This document shows positions 18,336 through 28,190 of a stretch of 64,000 nucleotides of DNA, in pieces. Positions within the stretch are counted from its first letter, which is position 1. Each line of letters opens with the position of its first letter. This DNA comes from Chloroflexota bacterium (GTDB lineage Bacteria; Chloroflexota; Dehalococcoidia; Lucifugimonadales; UBA3495). The position numbers were made by a program, and so were the translations under genes. The DNA is taken from contig JAQBVF010000020.1 of NCBI GenBank assembly GCA_027623675.1, positions 1-64,000 of the forward strand, read 5' to 3'. The notes beneath the pieces are model-generated. The model searched no databases, was not told the origin of the DNA, and was given only the letters and a program-made list of their open reading frames with translations.

Positions 18336-21212
18336 TCATAATGGGCGCGCCATGTTTAAGATTATCCGCGCATCTTCAACAGTAACTTTGCCGTCATCGT
18401 TGACGTCTAGCGATAGGTCTGGCGTCAATAGGTTGGACGCCATCTTCAGGGCCATCAGAGCGTCCATCGCGGTGATCAGGCTGTCCCCTCCGCCGTCGCC
18501 CTGTATCTTGGTGCCCACCTTGAAGTCGGCGCCAACCAACTCCACCGCCAACGGGCCGCTGGCAGAGTGGTTCACCAAGGCATCGGACAGTGTTATCGGG
18601 CTGACAGCCCCCTCGGAGCCAATGACCTGGAATTGCACCACGGCGGCCGTCCCTCCAGGTCCGTCGCCCTGGGTTAGGGCAAAGCCGAACCTGACCTGTC
18701 CCCGGGTATCTGTGTCGTAGCTGAATGAGTTTGGATTCATCCTGGACCCACGTTCCACCGCGACCACCCTCAGAGAATCGGGGTCGTAATTCATGGTGAA
18801 TCCCATGCTGGTGATTCCTTCGGCCTGGTTCAACTCCACCGGCACCCGCACGATGCTGCCGGTGGGCGACACCCGAGATTTGAGGACCAAGGCTGTGCCG
18901 CTTGGGGTGACGACCTTGGGCTGAGGTTCCGTGGCGGGCGGCTCGGGAGTCGGTTTCGTGACCTTGGGAGCAACCGGCCTGGCATCGCTCTCACGGTTCA
19001 CAGTTATGTGATAGGTCCCCACGGCTTTGGCCACCCTGCCGGAGGCTGAGACGGCCAGGGTGTACCAACCGGTCGCCGGGGCCTTCCATTCCAGGGATTG
19101 GTCCAGCCCGAAGTTGGAGGTGCTGAACCCGGCGGCCTGGTTCTCCACCGAGAACCGCACGCCTTCAGCGGTGCCCAAGGTTACGTCTACGGTGTACTTA
19201 GTTCCCGCATCGGCAGGGAAACGGAAGTAGTCATAGTCGTTGGCCGGGCTGATGGCCCCGGCGATGGCGTTGCCAAAGCCGATGCGCGTGCCCTCCTCGG
19301 GCAGATCACTGTGCCGGTCTTGCAGCGTGGTGTCGGGCGTGATCTTGAGCGAGTAGGTGCCGGTGGGTTCCGCCGCCTTCGGCGAGGCTGAAACCTTTAC
19401 GAAGTAGGTCGCCGAGTTTGAGGCGGTCCAGCGGACGATATTACTCTCCCCAAAATTTCTGGCGCCGGCTTCCGGGATGCCGTCCAGGTTGGTTACTTCC
19501 AGTGAGACCGAAGTTGCTGATCCGTAGGTCAGGTCAAATTCGTATTCCACGCCCCGCTCGGCGGGGAAGGAGAAGTAATCCAGGTCGGATTTAGGACTGA
19601 TAGCCCCTTGGTAGATGGTGCCGAAGCTGACCGGGGTGCCGCTTGCGGCTGTGTCCAGATGCCGGTCTTCCAGGCTGGTGTTCGCCGTAACCGTCAACGA
19701 ATAGGTGCCGATGCCCTGGGATGCCTGCGGGGAATAAGACACCACCACATAGAATGTTCCCGTGCTAGCCGCGGTCCAACCCAAGGCGGTGCCCAACCCG
19801 TTGGTGCTGCTCAATGTGTCACCGGCGGCGTTCTCGATCGAGATGACAGCGCCGTTGGCGGTGATCAGGTCCATGCTCACCGAATAGTTGACTCCCCGTT
19901 CCGTTGGGAAGGAGAAATAGTCGCGGTCGGTCTCCGGGCTGATGGCGCCCTGATTGGCGCTGCCAAAGCTGATGGCCGAAGCCAGGGCCGGAATCTCGCC
20001 GTGATGGTCCTGCAGCGTGGTGTCGCTGCTCAGGTTCAGCGAGTAGGTGCCAATAACATTCGGGACCTGAGGCGAGGCCGAAACTACTGCCAGATAGCTG
20101 CCGCTGGCCGGCGCAAGCCACTCCAGGCTGGTCCCCACGCCACCGTTGGAGGCCAGGCTGATCTCGTCGGTGTTAAGGATGGTCAATTCGACGCCGTCTG
20201 CGCTGCCCAGCGACACGTCGAGCATATACTTCACGCCGCGCAGGGCCGGGAACGAGAAGTAGTCCCGGTCGTCGGCGGGGCTGATGGACCCCTGGTGGGC
20301 ATTGCCGAAGCTGATCACCGTTGCTCCGGCGATGGTCTGGGAATGCTGGTCCATGAGGTTAGTTTCGGCGTTCAGCTTGATCGCGTAGGTGCCGTTGGAG
20401 TCCCGCACCCGGCTGGTGCCGGTAACCGAGATGTAATAGGTATTGTCGCTGGGAGCGATCCAATCCAGGGTGTTGCCGATGCCGTCGCTGGTCTTTTCCA
20501 AGCCGTCGAAGGGAGACCGGATGGCAATCTCGACGCCCTCTGAGGTGCCCAGATCAACCTCCACGTTGTACCTCACGCCGCGCCGTGCCTGAAACGAGAA
20601 GTAATCGTAGTCGTCGCCGCCGTCCACGGTGTTGGCCAGCTTGGGCTGGTTGCTCCAAGGGCTGATGGCTCCTTGGTAGATGTTGCCCGGCGATATCTGG
20701 GTGGCCCCGTTCCGGCCTTCGGAATGGCGGTCAATGAAACGCGTGTCCTCAAATCCGCTTAGTGTGTAATCACCGAGGTAGAAGGAGTCGTCGAAGTTGT
20801 TGATGGTGCCCGACACTTCTACGTAATAGGTGTCGGTGGTGCGGGCGGTCCAATTTACGGTCTTCCGGCCGCCTTCGATGCTCAAGTCCTGACCCGGAGA
20901 CCCGCCGTTGCCTCGGGCTAGAGAATTAATGATGGCGATATTGGCGGCCACCACCGTGGTCTCGTCCAAAACAAAGGTATATTGGACACCGCGCTGGGCC
21001 TGGAAGGAGAAATAGTCAACGTCGAAGAGGATGTCAGATGGGTCGATTACCCCGGCGACGGCGCCAGCGCCGATCTTGATGCTGGTTGAAGTGAACCGGT
21101 AATCGCCGTGGTCGTCGTCGGCGTAGGCAGGGTATTGGCTGGAGAAGAAAGCCGCCACAATGATCGTTAGCAGCACCAGCGTCATCGTCAGCAGATGTGT
21201 TGATTTACGCAT
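18336..21212 (-). CDS. Secreted protein with six PPC-like repeats, a cohesin domain and a C-terminal dockerin
   Basis: Signal peptide (PAYA|D); six D-x-H...GAISP..D.DYFSF repeats; Pro-rich linker; cohesin (VRVPVEL...MGFTMNYDPDSLRV); dockerin GD..GD..ITAMDALMALKM...DVNDDGKVTVEDARIIL. Confidence 0.8.
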   Translation of the reverse strand: MRKSTHLLTMTLVLLTIIVAAFFSSQYPAYADDDHGDYRFTSTSIKIGAGAVAGVIDPSDILFDVDYFSFQAQRGVQYTFVLDETTVVAANIAIINSLARGNGGSPGQDLSIEGGRKTVNWTARTTDTYYVEVSGTINNFDDSFYLGDYTLSGFEDTRFIDRHSEGRNGATQISPGNIYQGAISPWSNQPKLANTVDGGDDYDYFSFQARRGVRYNVEVDLGTSEGVEIAIRSPFDGLEKTSDGIGNTLDWIAPSDNTYYISVTGTSRVRDSNGTYAIKLNAETNLMDQHSQTIAGATVISFGNAHQGSISPADDRDYFSFPALRGVKYMLDVSLGSADGVELTILNTDEISLASNGGVGTSLEWLAPASGSYLAVVSASPQVPNVIGTYSLNLSSDTTLQDHHGEIPALASAISFGSANQGAISPETDRDYFSFPTERGVNYSVSMDLITANGAVISIENAAGDTLSSTNGLGTALGWTAASTGTFYVVVSYSPQASQGIGTYSLTVTANTSLEDRHLDTAASGTPVSFGTIYQGAISPKSDLDYFSFPAERGVEYEFDLTYGSATSVSLEVTNLDGIPEAGARNFGESNIVRWTASNSATYFVKVSASPKAAEPTGTYSLKITPDTTLQDRHSDLPEEGTRIGFGNAIAGAISPANDYDYFRFPADAGTKYTVDVTLGTAEGVRFSVENQAAGFSTSNFGLDQSLEWKAPATGWYTLAVSASGRVAKAVGTYHITVNRESDARPVAPKVTKPTPEPPATEPQPKVVTPSGTALVLKSRVSPTGSIVRVPVELNQAEGITSMGFTMNYDPDSLRVVAVERGSRMNPNSFSYDTDTRGQVRFGFALTQGDGPGGTAAVVQFQVIGSEGAVSPITLSDALVNHSASGPLAVELVGADFKVGTKIQGDGGGDSLITAMDALMALKMASNLLTPDLSLDVNDDGKVTVEDARIILNMARPL

Positions 21213-21496
21213 ACCCCTACTCCCTTCCTCCGCCACCTCGCGCTCACCACGGGGGCTGCTCCACGGTCATCTTTGGACACGCGGGACCGAATGAGCGGGC
21301 GTCCGCACACTCCCGCAGACGCGGTCAGGAGAGCAGACGTTCCGCTGTTAGCATTGAAATTTGGTTGCATTTTAAGATTAATATTAAATTATAGTCAATT
21401 GAATACGACACCAGATAACACGATAATCACGCGCCACCACAAGAATGGCGAAGGATGATTGGAAGGTATTGGCGTCTGGCGGCGGGGGTGAACCGG

Positions 21497-23017
21497 TCAG
21501 GGCGCGTAGATGTCCGTTTGGGGGTAAAAAGCGTACCAGCCGAACCAGTATGCCTCCCGGCTGGGCAGCCGGTCCAAGGACCGGGCGGCGCCGTCCAGGC
21601 TGACCAGAGCGTCGTCCTCAGCCCGCCATTCCACGCCATCCTCGTCGGTCACAACCATCATCCGGCCCGGCCCGGTCCGGGCCGGAGTGAACACATGGTT
21701 ACCCCGGCCGTAGGCCCTAACCCCGCCGCCGGACCCAGGCGATAGGACGACCACGTTCTGGCCGCCCAATTCGTCGTTGAGCGCGGTTGGCGAGGCGAAT
21801 ACCGACAGTGGGTACGCCCTGGCTTCATCGCCGACAACGAGGCCAAAAACCGGTTCTTTGGTTTCCAACTCGGCGCTGCGCAGCGGGACCGGGAACATGG
21901 TCGTTGTCTGGTTGCGGTAGGCGAAGTAAGCGGAGTCGTTCTGGGACTCGGGGGAATAACTTTCTGCCGGATACCTGCCGGTTTCCGCGTTCAAGACGGT
22001 GGTGTCCGGGTGTTCCGCCACCCAGTCGGCCCAAAACGTGAGGGTCATGGGCAGCACCTCCAGTTCCAAGCCGCTGCCGACCAGCGGGCCAACCGCGGGC
22101 ACGCCCCGAAATTGCTGCCACAGCGTCTCCGTCTTGCGGTCGTACATCAGTTTGTTGCTGCGGTAGAGGAAGCCGGAGGTGCCGAACTCCACCCTTTCGC
22201 CGTTGATCTCCGTGGAATACACGATTCCAGAGCCGCAGAGGGTTCAATAAGCCAGGGCGAAGGGCACGCCTCCCAGGATGTCGTTGGCCATCTCGTGACG
22301 GTTCAAGATGCGTAGTGGATAGGCCCGGTGCTCGCCGTTGATGGACACTCCGAAGACCCGGTCGCCCGGGAGCAGGTAATCGGCGTCTTCCGCAGAGACC
22401 ACGGGTGGGTCGCTCAGGTCGGGGATGCCGTCCTTGGCCACACCTCCCCAAACGATCTCTTCCAGCCGGATATCCGATCTCACGCCGTCATAGATGAAGC
22501 CGCCCAGACCGGGGTCCACGATGGCGTATAACCGGCCCTTCCATCCGGCGAACCCCGGCGGCGGCCGTACCTGAGGGTTGTTGCCCAGCCACTCGACCCA
22601 CCACTGCCACTCATTCTGCTCTGGCGGGAAGACCATCACGTCTTCCGGCGGCACGTTGTCTTTGAGCCGGGACAGGAAGGAGGTCATGTTGATGATGGCT
22701 TCATCGTCGTTCTGAAAGCGGAGGAACTCCAGCAGCACCGGGATGTAGGTCTGGTTCCCGGAATAAGCCATCTTGCGGGCGACCTTGGCCAGGGGCAGCT
22801 CCAGGGAGGCCAGCATCAACCCGGTAGGGTCGTCGGGCAGTCCGGTCAGGTCCACCTCTCCGGGCATCGGCTCGATGGGTATCACGGCCCCGGGCCCGGA
22901 TGTGGCCGGGACGGGCGTGCCGCCTCCGCCCGGCGAACAGGCCGCCACCAAAAGCGCCGCAGCCGTCGCCGCCAGCCAGACTGGCCGCCGATGTTTTGGC
23001 TTATGAGACAACCGCAA
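21497..23017 (-). CDS. DUF3179-domain lipoprotein, selenoprotein (U-T-L-C)
   Basis: ORFs 22244..23527 and 21497..22222 are in one frame, separated by TGA 22246-22244 (LAY-U-TLCGSG, where DUF3179 has YCPLCGSG). GGVAKDGIP, RAYP, HEMAND, FGTSGFLYRSNKLMYDR and lipobox VAAC are present. Confidence 0.85.
22208..22232 (-). promoter_or_regulatory. Bacterial SECIS-like hairpin
   Basis: Minus strand CTC-TGGAAT[CGTGT]ATTCCA-CG-GAG; the loop starts 20 nt after the TGA. Confidence 0.7.
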
Positions 23018-23145
23018 TGGGCCGGACCTCTCTAAGCGTTCAGCTTTGGGGCTGCACCGGGAGGATACGAGTCGTGACGCCGGGCGCCCGATACGTTTGT
23101 TCGATGCATGGGGCGGTGAAAGGATGCGCCTGGTCGGGGGCGGTA

Positions 23146-24324
23146 CTACTGGGACTCGCGGAATAACTCGCGGCCGATGAGCATGCGGCGTATCTCGCTG
23201 GTGCCGGCGCCGATCTCGTACAGTTTGGCGTCCCGCAACAGGCGGCCGGTGGGCGACTCGTTGACGTAGCCGATGCCGCCCAGGGTTTGCACGGCTTGCA
23301 GGGCGGTCTGCGTGGCCTGTTCGGCACTGAAGAGCAGGCAACCGGCGGCGTCTTTGCGGCTGCTCTCGCCCCGGTCGGCAGCCCGGGCCACGGCGTAGAC
23401 GTAGGACTGGCACGCGGAGATGGCGGTGTACATATCGGCCAACTTGGCCTGGACCAACTGGAACTCTCCGATGGGCTGGCCGAATTGTTCGCGTTGGTGG
23501 ACGTAGGGCAAAACCGCGTCCAAACATGATTGCATGATGCCCAGTGGGCCGCCGGCCAGCACCAGCCGCTCGAAGTCCAGGCCGCTCATCAGCACCCGGA
23601 CACCGTGGTCAACCTCGCCCAGCACGTTCTCCTCGGGCACCTCGCAGTCCTGAAAGACCAACTCGGACGTGCTTGAGCCGCGCATCCCGAGCTTGTTCAG
23701 CTTGGGCGACGCCCGGAACCCGGCAAACGCCTTCTCGACGAGAAAGGCGGTTATGCCGTGGGAGCCGGCCTGGGGGTTGGTCTTGCCGTAGACCACCAGA
23801 GTGTCGGCTTCGGGTCCGTTGGTGATCCACATCTTGCTGCCGTTCAGAACGTAGCGGCCGCCCTTCTTCTCGGCGCGGAGGGCCATGCTGATCACGTCGG
23901 AGCCGGCCTCAGCCTCGCTCATCGCCAGCGCGCCGACATGCTCCCCGGATATCAACTTGGGCAGATAACGCCGTTTCTGGCCGTCGTTGCCGTTGCGGAA
24001 GATCTGGTTGACGCACAGGTTGGAGTGGGCGCCGTAGCTCAGGCCCACGCTGGCCGACCCGCGGGAAATCTCCTCCATGGCGATGGTGTGGGCCAGATAG
24101 CCAAGGCCCGCGCCGCCGTACTCCTCGGAGACGGTGATGCCCAAAAGCCCCAACTCGCCCAGCTTGGGCCACAGGTCCCGGGGAAATTGGTCGGTCTGGT
24201 CGATCTCCGCGGCTCTGGGTGCGATCTCCTGAAAGGAGAAACTTCGCACCGTATCCCGGATGATGTCGATGGTCTCACCCAGCGAGTGGTCCAAAGCGCT
24301 GTACAGCGGCCGTCGGGATGTCAT
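23146..24324 (-). CDS. ivd: Isovaleryl-CoA dehydrogenase
   Basis: [28 protein letters not shown] and [19 protein letters not shown]. Confidence 0.88.
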   Translation of the reverse strand: MTSRRPLYSALDHSLGETIDIIRDTVRSFSFQEIAPRAAEIDQTDQFPRDLWPKLGELGLLGITVSEEYGGAGLGYLAHTIAMEEISRGSASVGLSYGAHSNLCVNQIFRNGNDGQKRRYLPKLISGEHVGALAMSEAEAGSDVISMALRAEKKGGRYVLNGSKMWITNGPEADTLVVYGKTNPQAGSHGITAFLVEKAFAGFRASPKLNKLGMRGSSTSELVFQDCEVPEENVLGEVDHGVRVLMSGLDFERLVLAGGPLGIMQSCLDAVLPYVHQREQFGQPIGEFQLVQAKLADMYTAISACQSYVYAVARAADRGESSRKDAAGCLLFSAEQATQTALQAVQTLGGIGYVNESPTGRLLRDAKLYEIGAGTSEIRRMLIGRELFRESQ

Positions 24325-24350
24325 GGGCTCGTCTCCCTGAGGGCGGGGTT

Positions 24351-25751
24351 TTACGGCGTGCGCCGGTCGATTATACGGCGGGCCTTGAACTGGGTGCGTT
24401 CGAACTCGCCGGCCGGTTTCAACTCAACCGCCACGCTGACACCGATGGCCCGGCGCAGCTCTCCGGTGAACCGTTCCCGGAGCGGCGCCAACGCCGCAGG
24501 ATCGAATTCTTGGCCGGCGAACGCGTTGCCCAGGACCTCGGCTTGGACGGTGAGGCGGTCCATCTGGCCCGGTTCCCGCTCCAATACCAGCCGGAACTCG
24601 CCGCCGAACTCGTCCATACCCCGGAGTATGTCTTCGATGCGCGAGGGAAAAACGTTCTGCCCCCGGACGATGATCATGTCGTCCACCCGCCCGTAGATGC
24701 CCGACACCAGGGTGGGATAGGTGCGGCCGCAGGGGCAGTCCACCATGTCCCAGCGGGCGATGTCCCCCGACCAGTAGCGGATCATGGGCTGGGAGGTGCG
24801 TTCGGTGTGCGAGTAGATGGGCACGCCTTCCTCTCCCATCGGCAGCACCAGCTTGGACTGAGGGTCGACCAACTCGGTGTAGACGATGTCTTGCCACAGA
24901 TGCATACCGCCTGCCAGGTGGCGGCAGCCCGAATTGCTCATCCAGGGCGTCATCTCGGCCATGCTGCCCTGGTCCACGACGTAGCAGCCGAAGGTCTCCT
25001 CGATCAGACGGCGGGTGGCTGGGACGCTGGCCCCCGGCTCCCCGGAGAAGAACATGAACCTAAAGGCGAAGTCCTCTTTGGGGTCCAGCCCCATCTGGCG
25101 GGCGGTCTCGGCCAGGTAGAGGGCGTAGGAGGGCGTGGCGTAGAGCACGGATGGCTTCACCATCGCCGACCACTCGACCGCGCGCTCGGTCTGTCCCGGA
25201 GCGCCGCTGCCGAAGGGGAAACAGGCTGCTCCCAGCCGTTCCGCGCCGACCAACGCGCCCCAACTGCCAACGTAAAGGCTGAAGACAGCGGCCACCATGA
25301 CCGTGTCGTTGGCACGCAAACCCGCGCCCCAGAGGATGCGGGCATGGGCCTCCGCGATGCGGTCCCAGTCGTCCTTGCCCACGCCAAACACGGTGGGGCG
25401 GCCGGTGGTGCCCGATGTGCCGTGCACCCGGAAGATATCTTCCGGCGGGATGCAGAGGAACCGGCCGTAGGGCGGGTGGTCCACCTGTTCCTGGCGGATG
25501 TTCTCTTTGGTCAGGATGGGCAGTTGGGCGAACTCTTCCAGGCTGGCCAGGTTGGCCGGGTCCACGGGCGCGTCCCGGTAGAACTCCTGGTAGAAGCCCG
25601 AATTTTGGAAGGCGTAACGCACCTGGGCTTGCAGCTTGGCCAATATGTGCCGGTCCCGCTCGCCGGGCGGCATGGTCTCCAGGTCGGGCGACCAGTATTC
25701 CTGGTCCGGGCTGGGGTGGTAGCTGTCAGGGTATTTGGGGGGCCATTCCAT
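24351..25751 (-). CDS. Phenylacetate-CoA ligase-family acyl-CoA ligase (probable 2-hydroxyisobutyrate-CoA ligase)
   Basis: [11 protein letters not shown]-loop, TPSYAL and [11 protein letters not shown]; co-oriented with the B12 mutase subunits. Confidence 0.8.
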   Translation of the reverse strand: MEWPPKYPDSYHPSPDQEYWSPDLETMPPGERDRHILAKLQAQVRYAFQNSGFYQEFYRDAPVDPANLASLEEFAQLPILTKENIRQEQVDHPPYGRFLCIPPEDIFRVHGTSGTTGRPTVFGVGKDDWDRIAEAHARILWGAGLRANDTVMVAAVFSLYVGSWGALVGAERLGAACFPFGSGAPGQTERAVEWSAMVKPSVLYATPSYALYLAETARQMGLDPKEDFAFRFMFFSGEPGASVPATRRLIEETFGCYVVDQGSMAEMTPWMSNSGCRHLAGGMHLWQDIVYTELVDPQSKLVLPMGEEGVPIYSHTERTSQPMIRYWSGDIARWDMVDCPCGRTYPTLVSGIYGRVDDMIIVRGQNVFPSRIEDILRGMDEFGGEFRLVLEREPGQMDRLTVQAEVLGNAFAGQEFDPAALAPLRERFTGELRRAIGVSVAVELKPAGEFERTQFKARRIIDRRTP

Positions 25752-25817
25752 AGGTGCAGTCTCTTGCCCAGGGATGGGTAGCCAAGCCTGGTTTTCTAGT
25801 CTTGTTGGGGTACGGGG

Positions 25818-26246
25818 TTATGCCTGTGGCGCGGACCGGCCCCGGCTCACCTGTTGGATGATGAAATCGGTCATGCTGGTGGTATAGCTGCCAACCGGGA
25901 AGACTCCTTGAACGCCCATCTTTTCCAACGGTTCCACGTCGTCTTCCGGGATGGTGCCGCCGACCATCAGCAGAACGTCGCCGGCGATGCCTCTTTCTTT
26001 GAGGGCGTTGATCAGCCGGGGTATCAGACGCATGTGCGCCCCGGAGAGGATGCTGATGCCCACGACGTCCACGTCTTCTTGCAGGGCGGTCTGGGCTACC
26101 TGGTCCGGCGTGACCCGCATGCCCATGTAGACCACCTCCATCCCGGCGTCCCGCATGGCCCTGGCGATGACCTTGATGCCCCGGTCATGTCCGTCCAAGC
26201 CCAACTTGGCCAAGAGGACTTTTATGTTGGCGGTCTGAGAGACCAA
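25818..26246 (-). CDS. Acyl-CoA mutase small (cobalamin-binding) subunit, HcmB-like
   Basis: LDGHDRG base-off/His-on B12 motif, SILSGAH and GGTIP. Confidence 0.9.
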   Translation of the reverse strand: MVSQTANIKVLLAKLGLDGHDRGIKVIARAMRDAGMEVVYMGMRVTPDQVAQTALQEDVDVVGISILSGAHMRLIPRLINALKERGIAGDVLLMVGGTIPEDDVEPLEKMGVQGVFPVGSYTTSMTDFIIQQVSRGRSAPQA

Positions 26247-26249
26247 GGC

Positions 26250-26501
26250 TCAGGCAGCTTCCCGGTCAGAGTAGGAGACGATAGAGACCTCGGTCTGAAG
26301 GGCTTTCAGCCGGGTCAGCAGAGTTGTGAGTTGATCGGTGACCTTGCCGGACACAAATGGTTCATGGCAGCTACGGCAACTCTCGGCCGGAACATCTTTA
26401 ACCACGACCACCGTGCCTTCGAAAACGAAGGGCACTGCGGAAACGCCGTCTTTCAGCCGTCCACCGCACAATAGGCAGGTTTTAAGATCTTCTGATACCA
26501 A
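26250..26501 (-). CDS. YgiT-type / MqsA-like zinc-ribbon protein
   Basis: CLLCGG...VVVKDVPAESCRSCHE. Confidence 0.75.
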   Translation of the reverse strand: MVSEDLKTCLLCGGRLKDGVSAVPFVFEGTVVVVKDVPAESCRSCHEPFVSGKVTDQLTTLLTRLKALQTEVSIVSYSDREAA

Positions 26502-26503
26502 GT

Positions 26504-28123
26504 CTAAAACACCCCTGGGTCCACGTACTCGCCGTAGACTTCGCGCAAAGTATCGAGGATCTCGCCCTCGGTGGCCAGGGCGGTAACCGCCTCCAGCACC
26601 GGCGGCATCAGGTTCTTGTCGTCGTGGGCGGACTGCTTCAACGAAGCGAGGGCAGACTTAACGTCGGCGGCGCTGCGACCCCCCTTGGTCTCGGCCAGCC
26701 GGCCCTTCTGCCATTCCTCTTCTTCTGGGTCGAACTGGAACAGTTCCAGTTTCTGTTGGTTCTCCGATCGGTACTGGTTCAGGCCCACGACTACCTGAGC
26801 GCCGCTCTCGATTCTGAGTTGGTATTCGTAGGCCGATCGGGCGATCTCCATCTCGATGTACCCGGTGTCGATGGCCTGGAGCATGCCGTCCTTGAGCGAG
26901 CCGTTGCCCATCTCTTTTATCTTGTTGATGTAGACCCAGGCCCCCTCCTCCATGTTGTCGGTCAGGCTTTCCACGAAATACGACCCGCCCAGGGGGTCCA
27001 CCGTCCCGGCCACTCCCGACTCGTGGGCCAGGATCAACTGAGTGGCCAGGGACATGCGCATGGCTTCCTCTGATGGGATGTCGAAGGCTTCATCGAAACC
27101 GCTGACGTGGAGCGATTGGGTGCCGCCCAAGACCGCGGCCAACGCCTGCAAAGTGCCGCGGGCGATGTTGTTCTGCGGGTCCTGCCGCATCAGGGTGGAG
27201 CCAAGGGTCTGGGTGTGGAACCGCAGCCGCATGGACTCGGGCTGTTGGGCCTGGTACCGGTGCTTCATGATGCGCGCCCACATGCGCCGCGCCGCCCGGT
27301 ATTTGGCCACCTCTTCGAATACGTCGTTGTGGCAGCCGAAGAAGAACGACAGCCGGGGGGCGAAGCTGTCCACCGGCAGTCCCCGTTCCAAGGCCGATTC
27401 CACATAGGCCATGCCCTGGGCGATGGTGAAGGCCAACTCCTGCACGGCGTCGGATCCGCTCTCGCGGATGTGGTAGCCGGAGATGGAGATGGTGTACCAG
27501 TTGGGCACGTGGTTGGTGCAGAATTCCACGATGTCGGTGGTCAGCTTCAGGGAAGGACCCGGCCCCAGAGCAAAGGTCTTTTGGCCGTGGAACTCTTTCA
27601 ACGAGTCGTTCTGGACGGTGCCCCGAAGCGCGCCCCAGTCCACCCCCCGTTTCTGGGCCACTGACAGGAACATGCCCATCAGCACGATGGCGGGGTGGTT
27701 GATGGTCAGGGACACGCTGACTTTGTCCAATGGTATGTCCAAGAACAGGTCGTCAATGTCGCGGACCGAGTCGATTGCCACGCCCAGCCGCCCAACTTCT
27801 CCCTCGGCAAGTTCGTGGTCCGAGTCGTAGCCGGTCAGAGTGGGGTGGTCGAAGTCGGTGCTGATGCCGTTCTGGCCGTGTTCCAGCAGGAACCGGTAGC
27901 GTTCGTTGGTGGCCTGCGCCGTCCCGAAGCCGGCGATCTGACGCCGGGTCCACAGCCGCCCTTGGTACATGTTGGGATAGGGCCCGCGGGTGAATGGGAA
28001 TTCGCCGGGCTGGCCCAGGTCGCGGGCGAAGTCGTTTCCGGCGATGTCGGCCGGCGTGTACACGGGCTTCACCTCCAGCCCCGACAGACTGCGGTTCGGT
28101 TGTACCTCTGATTGGTCGGCCAT
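26504..28123 (-). CDS. Acyl-CoA mutase large subunit, 2-hydroxyisobutyryl-CoA mutase (HcmA)-like
   Basis: PGEFPFTRG, WTRRQIAGFG (Ile where MCM has Tyr89), ISTDFD, QNDSLKEFHGQK (no MCM Arg) and SISGYHIRE. Confidence 0.85.
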   Translation of the reverse strand: MADQSEVQPNRSLSGLEVKPVYTPADIAGNDFARDLGQPGEFPFTRGPYPNMYQGRLWTRRQIAGFGTAQATNERYRFLLEHGQNGISTDFDHPTLTGYDSDHELAEGEVGRLGVAIDSVRDIDDLFLDIPLDKVSVSLTINHPAIVLMGMFLSVAQKRGVDWGALRGTVQNDSLKEFHGQKTFALGPGPSLKLTTDIVEFCTNHVPNWYTISISGYHIRESGSDAVQELAFTIAQGMAYVESALERGLPVDSFAPRLSFFFGCHNDVFEEVAKYRAARRMWARIMKHRYQAQQPESMRLRFHTQTLGSTLMRQDPQNNIARGTLQALAAVLGGTQSLHVSGFDEAFDIPSEEAMRMSLATQLILAHESGVAGTVDPLGGSYFVESLTDNMEEGAWVYINKIKEMGNGSLKDGMLQAIDTGYIEMEIARSAYEYQLRIESGAQVVVGLNQYRSENQQKLELFQFDPEEEEWQKGRLAETKGGRSAADVKSALASLKQSAHDDKNLMPPVLEAVTALATEGEILDTLREVYGEYVDPGVF

Positions 28124-28190
28124 CGTATCTATCCATTGCGCAGGGGTCCCGGTTGACGGAGACCCCTGCAGTGTTGCTCGATTGCTGGCT

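Noticed and set aside
21240..21340. Structured leader RNA upstream of the cohesin-dockerin gene
   Set aside because: Some pairing is possible (CTGCTC/GAGCAG), but it is expected by chance at this GC content and matches no known riboswitch motif.
23018..23527. Long N-terminal extension of ORF 22244..23527
   Set aside because: It overlaps ivd in another frame; the lipoprotein signal and RBS place the real start near 23017.
26504..28123. Canonical methylmalonyl-CoA mutase
   Set aside because: It lacks the Tyr89 and Arg207 equivalents needed for succinyl/methylmalonyl-CoA.
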